The position numbers and the translations under genes are program-made. A DNA stretch of 55,066 nt from Clostridiales bacterium DTU086 (lineage in GTDB: Bacteria > Bacillota > DTU086): assembly GCA_001513335.1 (NCBI GenBank), contig LFTO01000057.1, positions 1 to 55,066 of the forward strand, in the 5' to 3' direction. Shown here piece after piece: positions 21,471 through 30,784 of this stretch. Position 1 is the first letter of the stretch. The number at the start of each line of letters is the position of its first letter. The notes under the pieces were generated by a model that saw only the letters and a program-made list of their open reading frames with translations, had not been told where the DNA came from and made no database searches.

Positions 21471-21758
21471 CTAAATACGGTGCATGAAATGAAATACATC
21501 TTCATGCTGGGCAGTAATTTTTACTTCTAACTGGTTCCCCCGCTCCTGCAAAAGCTCCTTTAGTGTTCCGAAATCAACAGTACAATTACTGATATCCACC
21601 ATCATGATCATTGTAAAGAACTCCTGCATAATCGTCTGGCTGATATCGATAATATTGGCATTGCATTCCGCTAGAGTATTGGCGACTCCGGCAATAATGC
21701 CCACTTTGTCTTTCCCAACCACTGTAATCACTATCCGGTTTTTTTTCATCTCTTTCAT
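21471..21758 (-). CDS. ACT-domain protein (UPF0237)
   Basis: 95 aa with VITVVGKDKVGIIAGV, an ACT fold signature. Partner of UPF0210. Confidence 0.8.
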   Translation of the reverse strand: MKEMKKNRIVITVVGKDKVGIIAGVANTLAECNANIIDISQTIMQEFFTMIMMVDISNCTVDFGTLKELLQERGNQLEVKITAQHEDVFHFMHRI

Positions 21759-21796
21759 TCCCCTTTTTTTACAGTTTACTCCACTGGGATTAAGGA

Positions 21797-21827
21797 AATT
21801 CCTGCAGCAAGGTGCGCTGCAGGAATT
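21797..21827 (-). terminator. hairpin terminator downstream of ileS
   Basis: Perfect 12-bp stem AATTCCTGCAGC / GCTGCAGGAATT with a 7-nt loop. The U-tract is weak (UCCUUAAUC). Confidence 0.45.
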
Positions 21828-21873
21828 AGCTTAAAGTCCCCCTTCATTTGAGAAAATAAATTCTTTCACAACT

Positions 21874-24645
21874 TTACATATGAGATACAATTTCTTCGCA
21901 CCTCTTGCACAATGACGGGTGCTCATGGCTCTTGCCCACATAGTCGCTGTACATCCAGCACCGTTCACACTTATCCCCTTCAGCAGCACTCACCTTAACC
22001 ACAAGGTTACCATACTCCTTGGTAGCCGCATCAGGCACATCTTCTTCCGGACCATGGAGATAAGTCTGGGACACAATAAATAGTGTAGAAAGTTCGGGTT
22101 CCAGAGGCTGCAGGAAATTATACAGGTCTTCAGCCGCGTATAAATCTATACGAGCCTCCAAGGAGTCCCTGATCTGTTTTTCATTCCTGGCAATCTCCAG
22201 GGCATCTACCACATTCTCCCGAACTTCAATTATTCTTTCCCATTTCCTCTCCAGTTCAATATCGATATATTCCTGGTTCACCTGGGGCCAATCTGTAAGC
22301 TGAACGCTTTCCGGCATCCCTTCCTTTTTGGGCATAAAGGTCCAAATCTCTTCTGTTGTAAAGGCCAGAATAGGCGCCAATATTTTTACCAGAGTCTCCA
22401 AGACTGAGTACATTACTGTTTGAGCAGAACGTCTTTCAGTGCTGTCAGCCGCCGAAATATAAAGCCTGTCCTTTAGAATATTCAGGTAGAAAGCACTCAT
22501 ATCGCTCACACAGAAATTGTGCACATCATGATATACCCTGTGAAATTCGTACTTGTTGTAAGCATCAGTAACTTTCTGAACCAGTCTCTGGAGCCTTAGA
22601 AGGGCCCAGCGGTCCAATTCCAGGAGTTCGCCGTAGGGGACATCATCCTCCCCTGGCTTGAAATCGTAGAGATTGCCCAGAAGGAAGCGACAGGTATTTC
22701 TAATCTTCCTGTAAGCTTCTGACATCTGCTTCATAATGTTGTCAGATACGGCCACATCCCGGTGATAATCGGCAGATGAAACCCAGAGCCTTAGGATGTC
22801 TGCTCCTTTATCCTCGATAACCTTCAAGGGATCAATGGTATTGCCCAAGGACTTGGACATTTTCCTGCCCTTTTCATCAACAACAAAACCATGGGTGAGG
22901 CAAATTTTGTACGGTGCCCGGCCTCTAACAGCAACTCCTGTTGAAAGAGACGAGTTGAACCACCCCCGGTACTGGTCTGTTCCCTCCAGGTACATATCTG
23001 CAGGCCACCTGTTTTCCCCTTTCAGGACAGCCATGTGGCTGGATCCTGAGTCAAACCACACATCCATGATATCTGATTCTTTGGAAAATCCTTCCCCGCC
23101 GCACTTGGTGCACTTCAATCCCGGAGGAATTAAGTCGGCGGCTTCACGGGCAAACCATACATCTGAACCATGTTCTCTAAAGAGCTCCTGGATATGGGCA
23201 ATGGTTTCCTGAGTAATTACGGCTTCTCCACAAGAATTGCAGTAAAACACAGGAATAGGAACTCCCCATGTTCTCTGCCTGGAGATACACCAGTCACCCC
23301 TGTCTGCAATCATGTTATGCATTCTTTCTTTACCCCAGGAAGGTATCCAATGGACTTCGTCCACTGCTCTAAGAAGATCTTCCCTAAAAGCCTTAATAGA
23401 AGCAAACCACTGCTCTGTCGCCCGGAAAATAACAGGGTGCTTGCACCTCCAGCAGTGAGGATATTGGTGGTTAAAGAAATCCAGGTGCATTAAACTGCCA
23501 TTTTCCTCTAGTACTGTGGTAATCTCCTTGTTGGCCTTATAGTAAGGCATGCCTTCCAGCATGGGAATTTCAGCCGTAAAATTTCCGTTATCATCAAGAG
23601 GAGAGATTACAGGCAGGTCATAGCGCACACCTACCTCGTAGTCCTCGATACCGTGTCCGGGGGCAGTGTGAACACAGCCTGTCCCCTGTTCCAGAGTGAC
23701 GTGATTTCCTAAAATCACCAGGGAGTCCCTTTCAACCAAGGGATTGGCGCAAATAACTCCCTCCAATTCCGTCCCTTTAAATTCCCGGACAACCTGTGCA
23801 CCTTCTATTCCAATATCCTTTAAGGCCTGTTCATAGAGTTCCCTGGCCATAACATAATACTCCCCGTCTACCTCAAGCAAAACGTAAACAAATTCAGGGT
23901 GTAAACATATAGCCACGTTAGCCGGGAGGGTCCAGGGAGTTGTAGTCCAGATAACCACATAACCGTTCTCCGGCAGTAAACCTTTGCCGTCCTTCACCCG
24001 GAACTTCACATAAATTGAAGGAGATTTGGCATCCTGATACTCTACTTCGGCCTCAGCCAGGGCTGTCTGGCAGTCGGCACACCAGTAAACAGGTTTCAGT
24101 CCTTTATAAATATACCCTTTTTGGGCCATTTCCCCAAAAACACCGATCTGTTCTGCTTCGAATTCCGGTTTCAGGGTGAGGTACGGGTCTTCCCAATCAC
24201 CTCTGACACCAAGACGCTTAAACTGCTGCTTTTGAATGTCTACAAATTTTAATGCATAGTCCCGGCAGTTTTGCCTGAACTCAACTGTGCTCTTTTCATG
24301 CCGGTTAATTCCTAAATTCTTGATAGCCTGCTGCTCAATAGGGAGTCCGTGAGTATCCCAACCCGGAATATAAGGAGCATCATAACCGGCCATAGAGTGG
24401 TATTTGACTATGATATCCTTCAAAATTTTATTCATGGTAGTACCCAGGTGAATATTGCCGTTGGCATAGGGCGGACCGTCATGGAGAATGAATTTTGGCC
24501 TCCCCTGGTTCTTTTCCTGGACACGGTGATAAATATCGATTTCTTCCCAATGCTCCAAAATAAGCGGTTCCCTTTGGGGAAGTTTGGCACGCATTGGAAA
24601 ATCAGTTTTTGGAAGGTTTAAACTATCATTGTAGCTCAATTTCAA
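21874..24645 (-). CDS. ileS: isoleucine--tRNA ligase
   Basis: 923 aa with HIGH-type NGNIHLGT, KMSKS (KMSKSLGN) and a C-terminal Zn-finger CERCW...CKRC. Confidence 0.95.
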   Translation of the reverse strand: MKLSYNDSLNLPKTDFPMRAKLPQREPLILEHWEEIDIYHRVQEKNQGRPKFILHDGPPYANGNIHLGTTMNKILKDIIVKYHSMAGYDAPYIPGWDTHGLPIEQQAIKNLGINRHEKSTVEFRQNCRDYALKFVDIQKQQFKRLGVRGDWEDPYLTLKPEFEAEQIGVFGEMAQKGYIYKGLKPVYWCADCQTALAEAEVEYQDAKSPSIYVKFRVKDGKGLLPENGYVVIWTTTPWTLPANVAICLHPEFVYVLLEVDGEYYVMARELYEQALKDIGIEGAQVVREFKGTELEGVICANPLVERDSLVILGNHVTLEQGTGCVHTAPGHGIEDYEVGVRYDLPVISPLDDNGNFTAEIPMLEGMPYYKANKEITTVLEENGSLMHLDFFNHQYPHCWRCKHPVIFRATEQWFASIKAFREDLLRAVDEVHWIPSWGKERMHNMIADRGDWCISRQRTWGVPIPVFYCNSCGEAVITQETIAHIQELFREHGSDVWFAREAADLIPPGLKCTKCGGEGFSKESDIMDVWFDSGSSHMAVLKGENRWPADMYLEGTDQYRGWFNSSLSTGVAVRGRAPYKICLTHGFVVDEKGRKMSKSLGNTIDPLKVIEDKGADILRLWVSSADYHRDVAVSDNIMKQMSEAYRKIRNTCRFLLGNLYDFKPGEDDVPYGELLELDRWALLRLQRLVQKVTDAYNKYEFHRVYHDVHNFCVSDMSAFYLNILKDRLYISAADSTERRSAQTVMYSVLETLVKILAPILAFTTEEIWTFMPKKEGMPESVQLTDWPQVNQEYIDIELERKWERIIEVRENVVDALEIARNEKQIRDSLEARIDLYAAEDLYNFLQPLEPELSTLFIVSQTYLHGPEEDVPDAATKEYGNLVVKVSAAEGDKCERCWMYSDYVGKSHEHPSLCKRCEEIVSHM

Positions 24646-24674
24646 ATCACCTCATAATTCAATAAAATTGATTT

Positions 24675-24905
24675 AAATACAAAAAACCTCCATCCTAAGG
24701 ACGGAAGTCAGACCCGCGGTACCACCTTAATAAACCGGACGAACCGATTCTCTCGAAGTCCTGTAACGACAGACAAACCGGCATCTCCTACTGTTCTTTT
24801 CAGAGTGCAACTCCAGGGCGATTTTCAGCACCAGGTACTATCCGGCTCCCACCATCCCGAATTCGCTGGATGAAGACAAGTGCTTACTCTTCCCTTTCCC
24901 AGTCT
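24675..24905 (-). promoter_or_regulatory. T-box leader (tRNA-Ile responsive) of ileS
   Basis: The minus strand carries the T-box sequence AAGGUGGUACCGCGGG (about 24729..24713). It is followed by terminator GACUUCCGUCCUUAGGAUGGAGG + UUUUUU (24712..24681). Candidate specifier AUC sits in GAAAAUCG (24822..24820). Confidence 0.85.
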
Positions 24906-24963
24906 TTATTCAATATTTTGTACAAAATAATTGTTATTTATTATATTATAAATCCTTGATAAG

Positions 24964-25473
24964 TCAAACTTCTTCCGAGCTTTCCATTATTTCCTCTTCC
25001 TCACCGGTGGAATCTTCCTCGGAAGAATCCGGCTCATTCTTTTCCAGGAGCTGCAAATGCGACAGAAGAAACAGTTTTAGCTCGGTAAAAGCAACTTGGT
25101 GCTTCTTGACCACGTCCTCATAATCCGCCCGTTTTTTTTGAATCTCTTCTTCCGCTTCTGCCATGAGCTCATCGCCTTTTAACCTGGCTTCCCTGATGAT
25201 AAGCTCAGCCTCCTTTTGGGCATTTTTCCGGGCATCCTCAGCGGCTTTCTGGGCGGTAACAAGGGTTTTAGTAATGGTGTTTTCCAGGTTTTTGTACTTT
25301 TCCAGCTCCTGCATAGCCCTGCTGTAGGCGTCCTTTAGCTCCTTATTCTCACGGTAGAGAGCCTCATATTCCTTGAGAACGTTCTTTAGGAACTTGTCCA
25401 CCTCTTCGCTGTTATAGCCTCGCATCGCCCTGCTAAACTCTTTTGATTCCAACTCTACAGGCGTTAAGACCAT
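24964..25473 (-). CDS. divIVA: cell-division/polarity protein DivIVA
   Basis: 169 aa with N-terminus MVLTPVELESKEFSRAMRGYNSEEVDKFL, a coiled coil and an acidic tail. Confidence 0.9.
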   Translation of the reverse strand: MVLTPVELESKEFSRAMRGYNSEEVDKFLKNVLKEYEALYRENKELKDAYSRAMQELEKYKNLENTITKTLVTAQKAAEDARKNAQKEAELIIREARLKGDELMAEAEEEIQKKRADYEDVVKKHQVAFTELKLFLLSHLQLLEKNEPDSSEEDSTGEEEEIMESSEEV

Positions 25474-25534
25474 AAACTGTCCTCCTCCCAGTTTTCCTCA
25501 AAACAAAATTCTCTCTTTTTTTAAAGCAGCTTTT

Positions 25535-25792
25535 CTAAAACAGTACGCTTAAAATGAACCTCTGCAAGAACTCCAGCAGAATTATTGCAATAACCGGAGA
25601 AAAATCCAAAGGAATAGACCCTCTGGGCATTGCTGACCTTATAGGTTTTAAAATTGGTTCTGTCATCTCATAGATAAATGCAGCAATTTGGTTGTTGGGA
25701 CCGACATTGACCCACGAAAGAAGCACACGGGCAATTATCAGCCACTCCATAAGCTCAATAGCAATTCTTATTACCTGATATAATATGGCCAA
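25535..25792 (-). CDS. yggT: YggT family membrane protein (YlmG)
   Basis: 85 aa with two TM helices, LLSWV and the PIRSAMP..G.IDFSP motif. Confidence 0.85.
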   Translation of the reverse strand: MAILYQVIRIAIELMEWLIIARVLLSWVNVGPNNQIAAFIYEMTEPILKPIRSAMPRGSIPLDFSPVIAIILLEFLQRFILSVLF

Positions 25793-25811
25793 GTCTCTTC
25801 CACCCCGCTAA

Positions 25812-26612
25812 TTACTCTCCTAACTCCCCGGCTCTTTGTACAGCAGCTTTGACCGCCCCGGTAAAAAGGGCTCTGAGCTTACCCGATTCCAGTTCATTCA
25901 AACCCGCTGCCGTAGTCCCACCTGGAGATACCACCTGGGCTTTTAATACTGCAGGGTGCTGCCCCGTCTGTAAAACCATTTCAGCTGAGCCGATTACTGT
26001 TTTCAGTACAAGGTCGGCAGCAGCAGTACGGGGAAGCCCTACAGTAACAGCTGCGTCTATCATGGCTTCAATTACAAGATAAATGTATGCCGGCCCGCTG
26101 CCGCTGACACCGGTTACAGCATCCATCAGACTCTCGGAAACCCTTACCGTATCTCCCACACAGGCGAAGATATCCTGAGCCTTTTCCTGGTGCAGCTCCG
26201 TCGAGTATTTCCCCGGTGCAATGGCGGATATTCCTTTACCTATAACACAGGGTGTATTGGGAACAACACGGATGACCGGAACATCTTTGTCTAACCAGGT
26301 TTCTATTGCATTGGTGGAAACACCTGCAGCAATGGAGACTAACAGCTTAGTCTTGTCGATAATGCCCTTTACTTCAAGGACCACTTCCCGTACCTTGTCA
26401 GGCTTTACAGCCAGTATAATAATATCTGAGGACTCCACTACCTTAATATTATCTCTATGCGCAGAAACCCCATAAGTTGTACTTAAAAACCCGCACCTTG
26501 TCTTCAGGATATCACTGCAGCAAATATCCTCCGGTGAGTACCTGCCGCTGTCAATAAGGCCTTTGACCAGGGCTTCACCCATGGCGCCTGACCCGATAAA
26601 ACCTATCTTCAT
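25812..26612 (-). CDS. proC: pyrroline-5-carboxylate reductase
   Basis: MKIGFIGSGAMGEAL Rossmann start with GGAGG 8 nt upstream. C-terminal SPGGTT motif. Confidence 0.9.
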   Translation of the reverse strand: MKIGFIGSGAMGEALVKGLIDSGRYSPEDICCSDILKTRCGFLSTTYGVSAHRDNIKVVESSDIIILAVKPDKVREVVLEVKGIIDKTKLLVSIAAGVSTNAIETWLDKDVPVIRVVPNTPCVIGKGISAIAPGKYSTELHQEKAQDIFACVGDTVRVSESLMDAVTGVSGSGPAYIYLVIEAMIDAAVTVGLPRTAAADLVLKTVIGSAEMVLQTGQHPAVLKAQVVSPGGTTAAGLNELESGKLRALFTGAVKAAVQRAGELGE

Positions 26613-26793
26613 GAAATCAGCCTCCACACACCTTTAGCCTTGATTTTTGAAATATGCCCTGGGCATACTTGTGACGGTTTAGGTTGTGCCTGCACGACAA
26701 AATACATGGCCCAAACCGTGTGCATCCGCCTTAGGGCTTTATCTCAGCAAGAGATTGGATACCCACTGAGAATGACTTGTTACTACTCGCCGA

Positions 26794-27240
26794 CTAGAAG
26801 CGGGATTCTTCCCGAACTGAAAAAAATTCTTCTTCCAGACCTTCTCCCGGAATATTGCCATCAATATCAACGTTGCTGGGAGCAAATAAAAAGATATAAG
26901 AGCTGATTTTACGCATTAACCCGCCAAGAGCGTAGGTTGCACCGCTCATAAAATCAAGAATCCTCTTGGCGGTATCCTTGTCAATATTCTCAAAATTAAC
27001 TACTACCGGCCTCCGGTTTTTTAATTCGGTAGCAAAATCCTGTACCTGCTCAAATTTCTCTGCATTGACCACTACAATCTTGATATTTTGGTTTGTATGA
27101 AGATTAACAACATTATTCCTAACTGTCTTTGTCTTGAGAAAAGTTTCAGGTTCCTCTTCCCGGATCAGTTCATCTTCCTCAACTTCTTCCACTTCAAAAC
27201 CGAAAAAATTCATCAACTTATCCCCCAGTTTCTTAGCCAT
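26794..27240 (-). CDS. sepF: cell-division protein SepF (YlmF)
   Basis: Start trimmed to MAKKLGDKLMNFFGF. Conserved C-terminal domain (VVV..E.F...Q.....L...RPVVVNFE..D...A.RILDF.SG). It overlaps the yggS stop by 8 nt. Confidence 0.9.
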   Translation of the reverse strand: MAKKLGDKLMNFFGFEVEEVEEDELIREEEPETFLKTKTVRNNVVNLHTNQNIKIVVVNAEKFEQVQDFATELKNRRPVVVNFENIDKDTAKRILDFMSGATYALGGLMRKISSYIFLFAPSNVDIDGNIPGEGLEEEFFSVREESRF

Positions 27241-27946
27241 TTCCTTTCCTCCATTCCTGGGTAGTGTTGAAAATCGCCCTACCAATACGCACCATATTAG
27301 CCCCTTCTTCAACGGCAACTTCGAAATCGTTAGTCATACCCATTGACAAAAAGTCCATTTTTACTCCGGCAATATTGCGTTCCTTAACTTCCTCTGCAAG
27401 TTCCCTCAAACACCGGAAGAAAGGCCGGGTTTCCTCAGGATCTGCAACATAAGGGGCAATAGTCATTAACCCTTTGATATTAATGTTCTTACAACGGTCT
27501 GATACCTTTTCCAGAAAAGGTATCAACTCTTCGGGAGGCAATCCATATTTGCTCTCCTCCCCGGATACGTTCACCTGTACCAGGGCGTTAACACTCAATT
27601 TCTTTCTCTCCCCACGCCGTTCAATTTCCTCTGCCAGGGAAAGCCTGTCTAAAGAGTGGATAAGGTGAACCTTGTCAATGACGTACTTTACTTTGTTGGT
27701 CTGCAGGTGGCCGATAAAGTGCCACTGAACCTGATTTTCCAGGGCTTCATATTTATCCACCAGTTCCTGCACCCTGTTTTCTCCAATTATGTTTATTCCT
27801 GCTTGAATTCCTTCCCTTATTGTATCAATAGTTTGGTTTTTAGTCACAGCTATTATTGTAATTTCCTCCGGATTTCTTCCCGCCCGGAAGGCAGCCCGTG
27901 CAACTCTTTCCTTAATATCCCTGAAATTATCAGCTATCTCATGCAT
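27233..27946 (-). CDS. yggS: YggS/YlmE family pyridoxal-phosphate homeostasis protein
   Basis: 237 aa with AVTKNQ (PLP lysine), HFIGHLQTNK and SMGMTNDF. Confidence 0.9.
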   Translation of the reverse strand: MHEIADNFRDIKERVARAAFRAGRNPEEITIIAVTKNQTIDTIREGIQAGINIIGENRVQELVDKYEALENQVQWHFIGHLQTNKVKYVIDKVHLIHSLDRLSLAEEIERRGERKKLSVNALVQVNVSGEESKYGLPPEELIPFLEKVSDRCKNINIKGLMTIAPYVADPEETRPFFRCLRELAEEVKERNIAGVKMDFLSMGMTNDFEVAVEEGANMVRIGRAIFNTTQEWRKGNG

Positions 27947-28015
27947 CTTGCATTTCTCCTTACAAATAAATTAATCTAGGTTGAGAAGAGGGCCGGTTTT
28001 AAGAATTTCAAAATC

Positions 28016-28993
28016 CTACTTTTTTTCAGTTCTCAATATAGTATCGGGATTTACAACTATTTCTTGACCGGGATTAATACCTGTAATTACAGCTTGATCG
28101 TCAAAAATACCTTTAACCTCAACCTCTGTCCACTGCATGTTCCCGGCAGAAACAGCATATACACCAAAAACCCCGCTCCTTTCAACCAGGCTTGAAGCCG
28201 GTACCACCAGCCCGGCCGCCCGTTTGGTTATAACTTCAATGTTACACAGCCTGTCCGCCATAAGATCCTGGGGAACAGGCGAAATTTTCACCAATAAAAT
28301 GTTGTTGGAATCTTGCTCAAGTGTCCCGGAAAAAACATCTTCTGACCCAGAAATTCGGAAAGAAATACGGCTCCCCTCTTCCAGATTTATTCCGGAGGAG
28401 GGAAACAATAAATATGCGGGACTCAAATTGTCAACAATCTTTATTACAGAGTCGCCTTTTTTGCCCTGACTTTCCATGACACCTTTAGTAACTTTATCAT
28501 ACACTGTATTCAGATTTAGAGACTTCAAGCTGGAAAAAGTCAAGACACTTTCTAACCCGTCAGTTTTCTTGTATACTGTCCCGGCTTGGGGAGAATACAG
28601 TTTTAAATTAGTCTCTTCACCGGTCCTGTTTATCTCCGGGGATTCAGCCTTTAATAAGAGCGCACCTTTTCGCACTCTTACTCCGTCGGCTACCAAATAC
28701 CTGATACTGTAAGGTTTCGGTACAGTCAACGCAGTTTCCCTGCGGACAACGACTGCCTTTTTCTCTTTACATTCTTCAAGGACACCGTATTTGGCAGGAA
28801 TCAGCTGCATACTGCGCCAATCCATCAGCCTTTCTACAGCGCTGACTGTCCAGGTAATAACAAGCACACCGGCAATACACGTAAAGACGTAAAAGACTAT
28901 TTTACGGATCCTTTTCGCCTTTTCCCGTCTCTTCATCCTTTCCCGCCGGGGTACAAAGTCTTCAACAAGTCCCTTCTCGAAATTATTCTCCAC
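28016..28993 (-). CDS. single-pass membrane protein with HlyD / membrane-fusion-like beta domains
   Basis: 325 aa with a basic N-terminus, one TM helix (IVFYVFTCIAGVLVITWTV) and beta-rich lipoyl-like and beta-barrel-like segments. It has no coiled-coil hairpin and no adjacent transporter gene. Confidence 0.55.
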   Translation of the reverse strand: MENNFEKGLVEDFVPRRERMKRREKAKRIRKIVFYVFTCIAGVLVITWTVSAVERLMDWRSMQLIPAKYGVLEECKEKKAVVVRRETALTVPKPYSIRYLVADGVRVRKGALLLKAESPEINRTGEETNLKLYSPQAGTVYKKTDGLESVLTFSSLKSLNLNTVYDKVTKGVMESQGKKGDSVIKIVDNLSPAYLLFPSSGINLEEGSRISFRISGSEDVFSGTLEQDSNNILLVKISPVPQDLMADRLCNIEVITKRAAGLVVPASSLVERSGVFGVYAVSAGNMQWTEVEVKGIFDDQAVITGINPGQEIVVNPDTILRTEKK

Positions 28994-29006
28994 GGTTACC
29001 CCTCGG

Positions 29007-29807
29007 TCATAAAGGTTTTATAAACGCAGCCATACGACCTGTACAGCCCCCATCCCCTCGATAAGAAAAAAATTTGCCGCCGCACCTGGTGCATACTCCG
29101 CTAAGTTGAATACGCTCAGGCAGCAAACCGGAGGACAGCAGGACATTTCTGTTTGCTGCCCACAAGTCAAGAATCCATTTATCTTCCTGCTTCTTTACCG
29201 CCTTGTCAAAACCTTCCGGTCCAAACTCAAATTTGGCCGCAACTTCCTTTCCCACAGTATAACAACAAGGCCCGATAGAGGGACCGATAAGTGCGTAACA
29301 ATCGGCAGGACTGCAGGAAAATTCGCCGGACATCCTGCCTACAGTTTTACCCGCAATTTCCTTCACAGTACCTTTCCAACCGGCATGTACCAAAGCAACT
29401 GCCCCCTTTACAGGGTCCGATATATAAATCGGTACACAGTCAGCAAAAAAACCCGCCAGGATAACTCCCTTATCAGCAGTAATCAGGGCATCTGTTTCTG
29501 GAACCGCATCTTCCAGGCGGAATGCCCCCCTGCCGCAGTCCTCTTGAGTAACTACCTGAATATTGGTACCGTGGACCTGGTTGGCACAAACCACCCTGTC
29601 AAGGGAAAACCCCACAGCAGCGGCAAAAGCCTCCCTGTTAGCTGCAACGGACTCCTGCTCATCCCCTACGTGAAAAGCCAGATTCAGCGTGTCAAAAGGA
29701 GGCCTGCTGGTCCCACCCTGCCGGGTAGAAAAAACCGCCCAAGCTCCTGGCAGGACAAATTTCAGGTATTCCATATCCTTTTCCCTTATCAGCTGAAAAC
29801 AGTCCAT
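29007..29807 (-). CDS. pgeF: peptidoglycan editing factor PgeF (YfiH/YlmD, laccase-domain protein)
   Basis: 266 aa with FSTRQGG, QVHGTN, ADCVP and HAGWKGT. Confidence 0.9.
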   Translation of the reverse strand: MDCFQLIREKDMEYLKFVLPGAWAVFSTRQGGTSRPPFDTLNLAFHVGDEQESVAANREAFAAAVGFSLDRVVCANQVHGTNIQVVTQEDCGRGAFRLEDAVPETDALITADKGVILAGFFADCVPIYISDPVKGAVALVHAGWKGTVKEIAGKTVGRMSGEFSCSPADCYALIGPSIGPCCYTVGKEVAAKFEFGPEGFDKAVKKQEDKWILDLWAANRNVLLSSGLLPERIQLSGVCTRCGGKFFSYRGDGGCTGRMAAFIKPL

Positions 29808-29911
29808 ACAGCAAGTGCCTCCAGGTTAAAGACAGATTCTACTAATTATTTCCCAGATGACCCTTATTTTCCTGCCTTAATGGCCATTATTTTATGAGGC
29901 TTTTAAATCCC

Positions 29912-30124
29912 TTAGTAACCTGAGACAGACTCCTGAATTACAGATACCAGACGTTCGACTTCATAACCGGGAGATGATGTGATCCAACCGGCAAAATAAT
30001 TGCATTGGGGGCATTCAAGGGGCTTTTGGCTGTAACAACCTTTTCTCAGCTGGCAGAAAACCTTTATACTGCAACCGCACTTTTCGCATTTGATAATGTG
30101 TATCGACCTGTATTTCTTTTTCAT
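29912..30124 (-). CDS. small zinc-ribbon protein (hypothetical)
   Basis: 70 aa with CEKCGC...C...C...CPQC (7 Cys). It lies after the nrdG terminator and is a separate unit. Confidence 0.45.
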   Translation of the reverse strand: MKKKYRSIHIIKCEKCGCSIKVFCQLRKGCYSQKPLECPQCNYFAGWITSSPGYEVERLVSVIQESVSGY

Positions 30125-30237
30125 AATTCACCTCACCACTGCCCTTATGCAGGGACTTGTTTACCTTTATTATTTAGAAATTTGATTTATAGTATGATTT
30201 AATTTGCCAGTTGGGTAATTGCATCAAAAATTAGGCG

Positions 30238-30267
30238 AAAAAAAATCCCACCTTGTTACAGGTGGGG
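30238..30267 (-). terminator. rho-independent terminator after nrdG
   Basis: Minus-strand CCCACC-UGUAACAA-GGUGGG followed by eight U. Confidence 0.8.
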
Positions 30268-30283
30268 ACCACATTATCACAGA

Positions 30284-30778
30284 CTAAAACTTCAATTCAA
30301 CTGCTTTTCCCAGTTTCCTTGACTCCCGGACATCTAACACCCTTTGATTTGCCGAACCATAGAAAACACAGGAAGAATCTCGCTGCGATCTGATAAAAGG
30401 CCCGTCAACGACAACGTCTACCAGAGACAAAATAGGGTGCCCAGCCACTTCTTCATATAATTTACCGGTATAAAGCCAAAAATCAAGGTCCGGCCGTGCA
30501 CTCTTTACAATAGAAATTAGCTTAACCAGGTTGTCAGCCTGGAGCATAGGCTCCCCGCCGCTTAAGGTTATGCCCCGGTGCAGGGGGGTAATCCTGTCCA
30601 GGAGAATATCTGCCAGTTCCGTTTCTTTGATATCCTGACCACCTTCTAAAGGCTTGAGGTCGGGATTGTGGCAGCCTTCGCAATTATTCAGGCACCCCTG
30701 CAGGAAAAGCACAACACGGATACCCAGCCCGTCAACAACGGATTCATCGATTATGTCCGCAAACCTAATCATTGCCAC
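30284..30778 (-). CDS. nrdG: anaerobic ribonucleoside-triphosphate reductase activating protein (radical SAM)
   Basis: 164 aa with the CxxxCxxC cluster GCLNNCEGCHN. Directly downstream of nrdD. Confidence 0.9.
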   Translation of the reverse strand: MAMIRFADIIDESVVDGLGIRVVLFLQGCLNNCEGCHNPDLKPLEGGQDIKETELADILLDRITPLHRGITLSGGEPMLQADNLVKLISIVKSARPDLDFWLYTGKLYEEVAGHPILSLVDVVVDGPFIRSQRDSSCVFYGSANQRVLDVRESRKLGKAVELKF

Positions 30779-30784
30779 ACTCCT

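Noticed and set aside
26640-26906. 88-aa plus-strand ORF and a 38-codon minus-strand ORF in the sepF-proC spacer
   Set aside because: The plus ORF runs antisense into sepF. The minus ORF has its ATG directly abutting the only purine-rich stretch, leaving no spacing. Neither looks coding.
29106-29897. 263-aa plus-strand ORF
   Set aside because: It lies almost entirely antisense to the well-supported pgeF CDS. It is Ser/Arg/Pro/Cys-rich, has no SD and has no recognisable motif. This is a typical shadow ORF.
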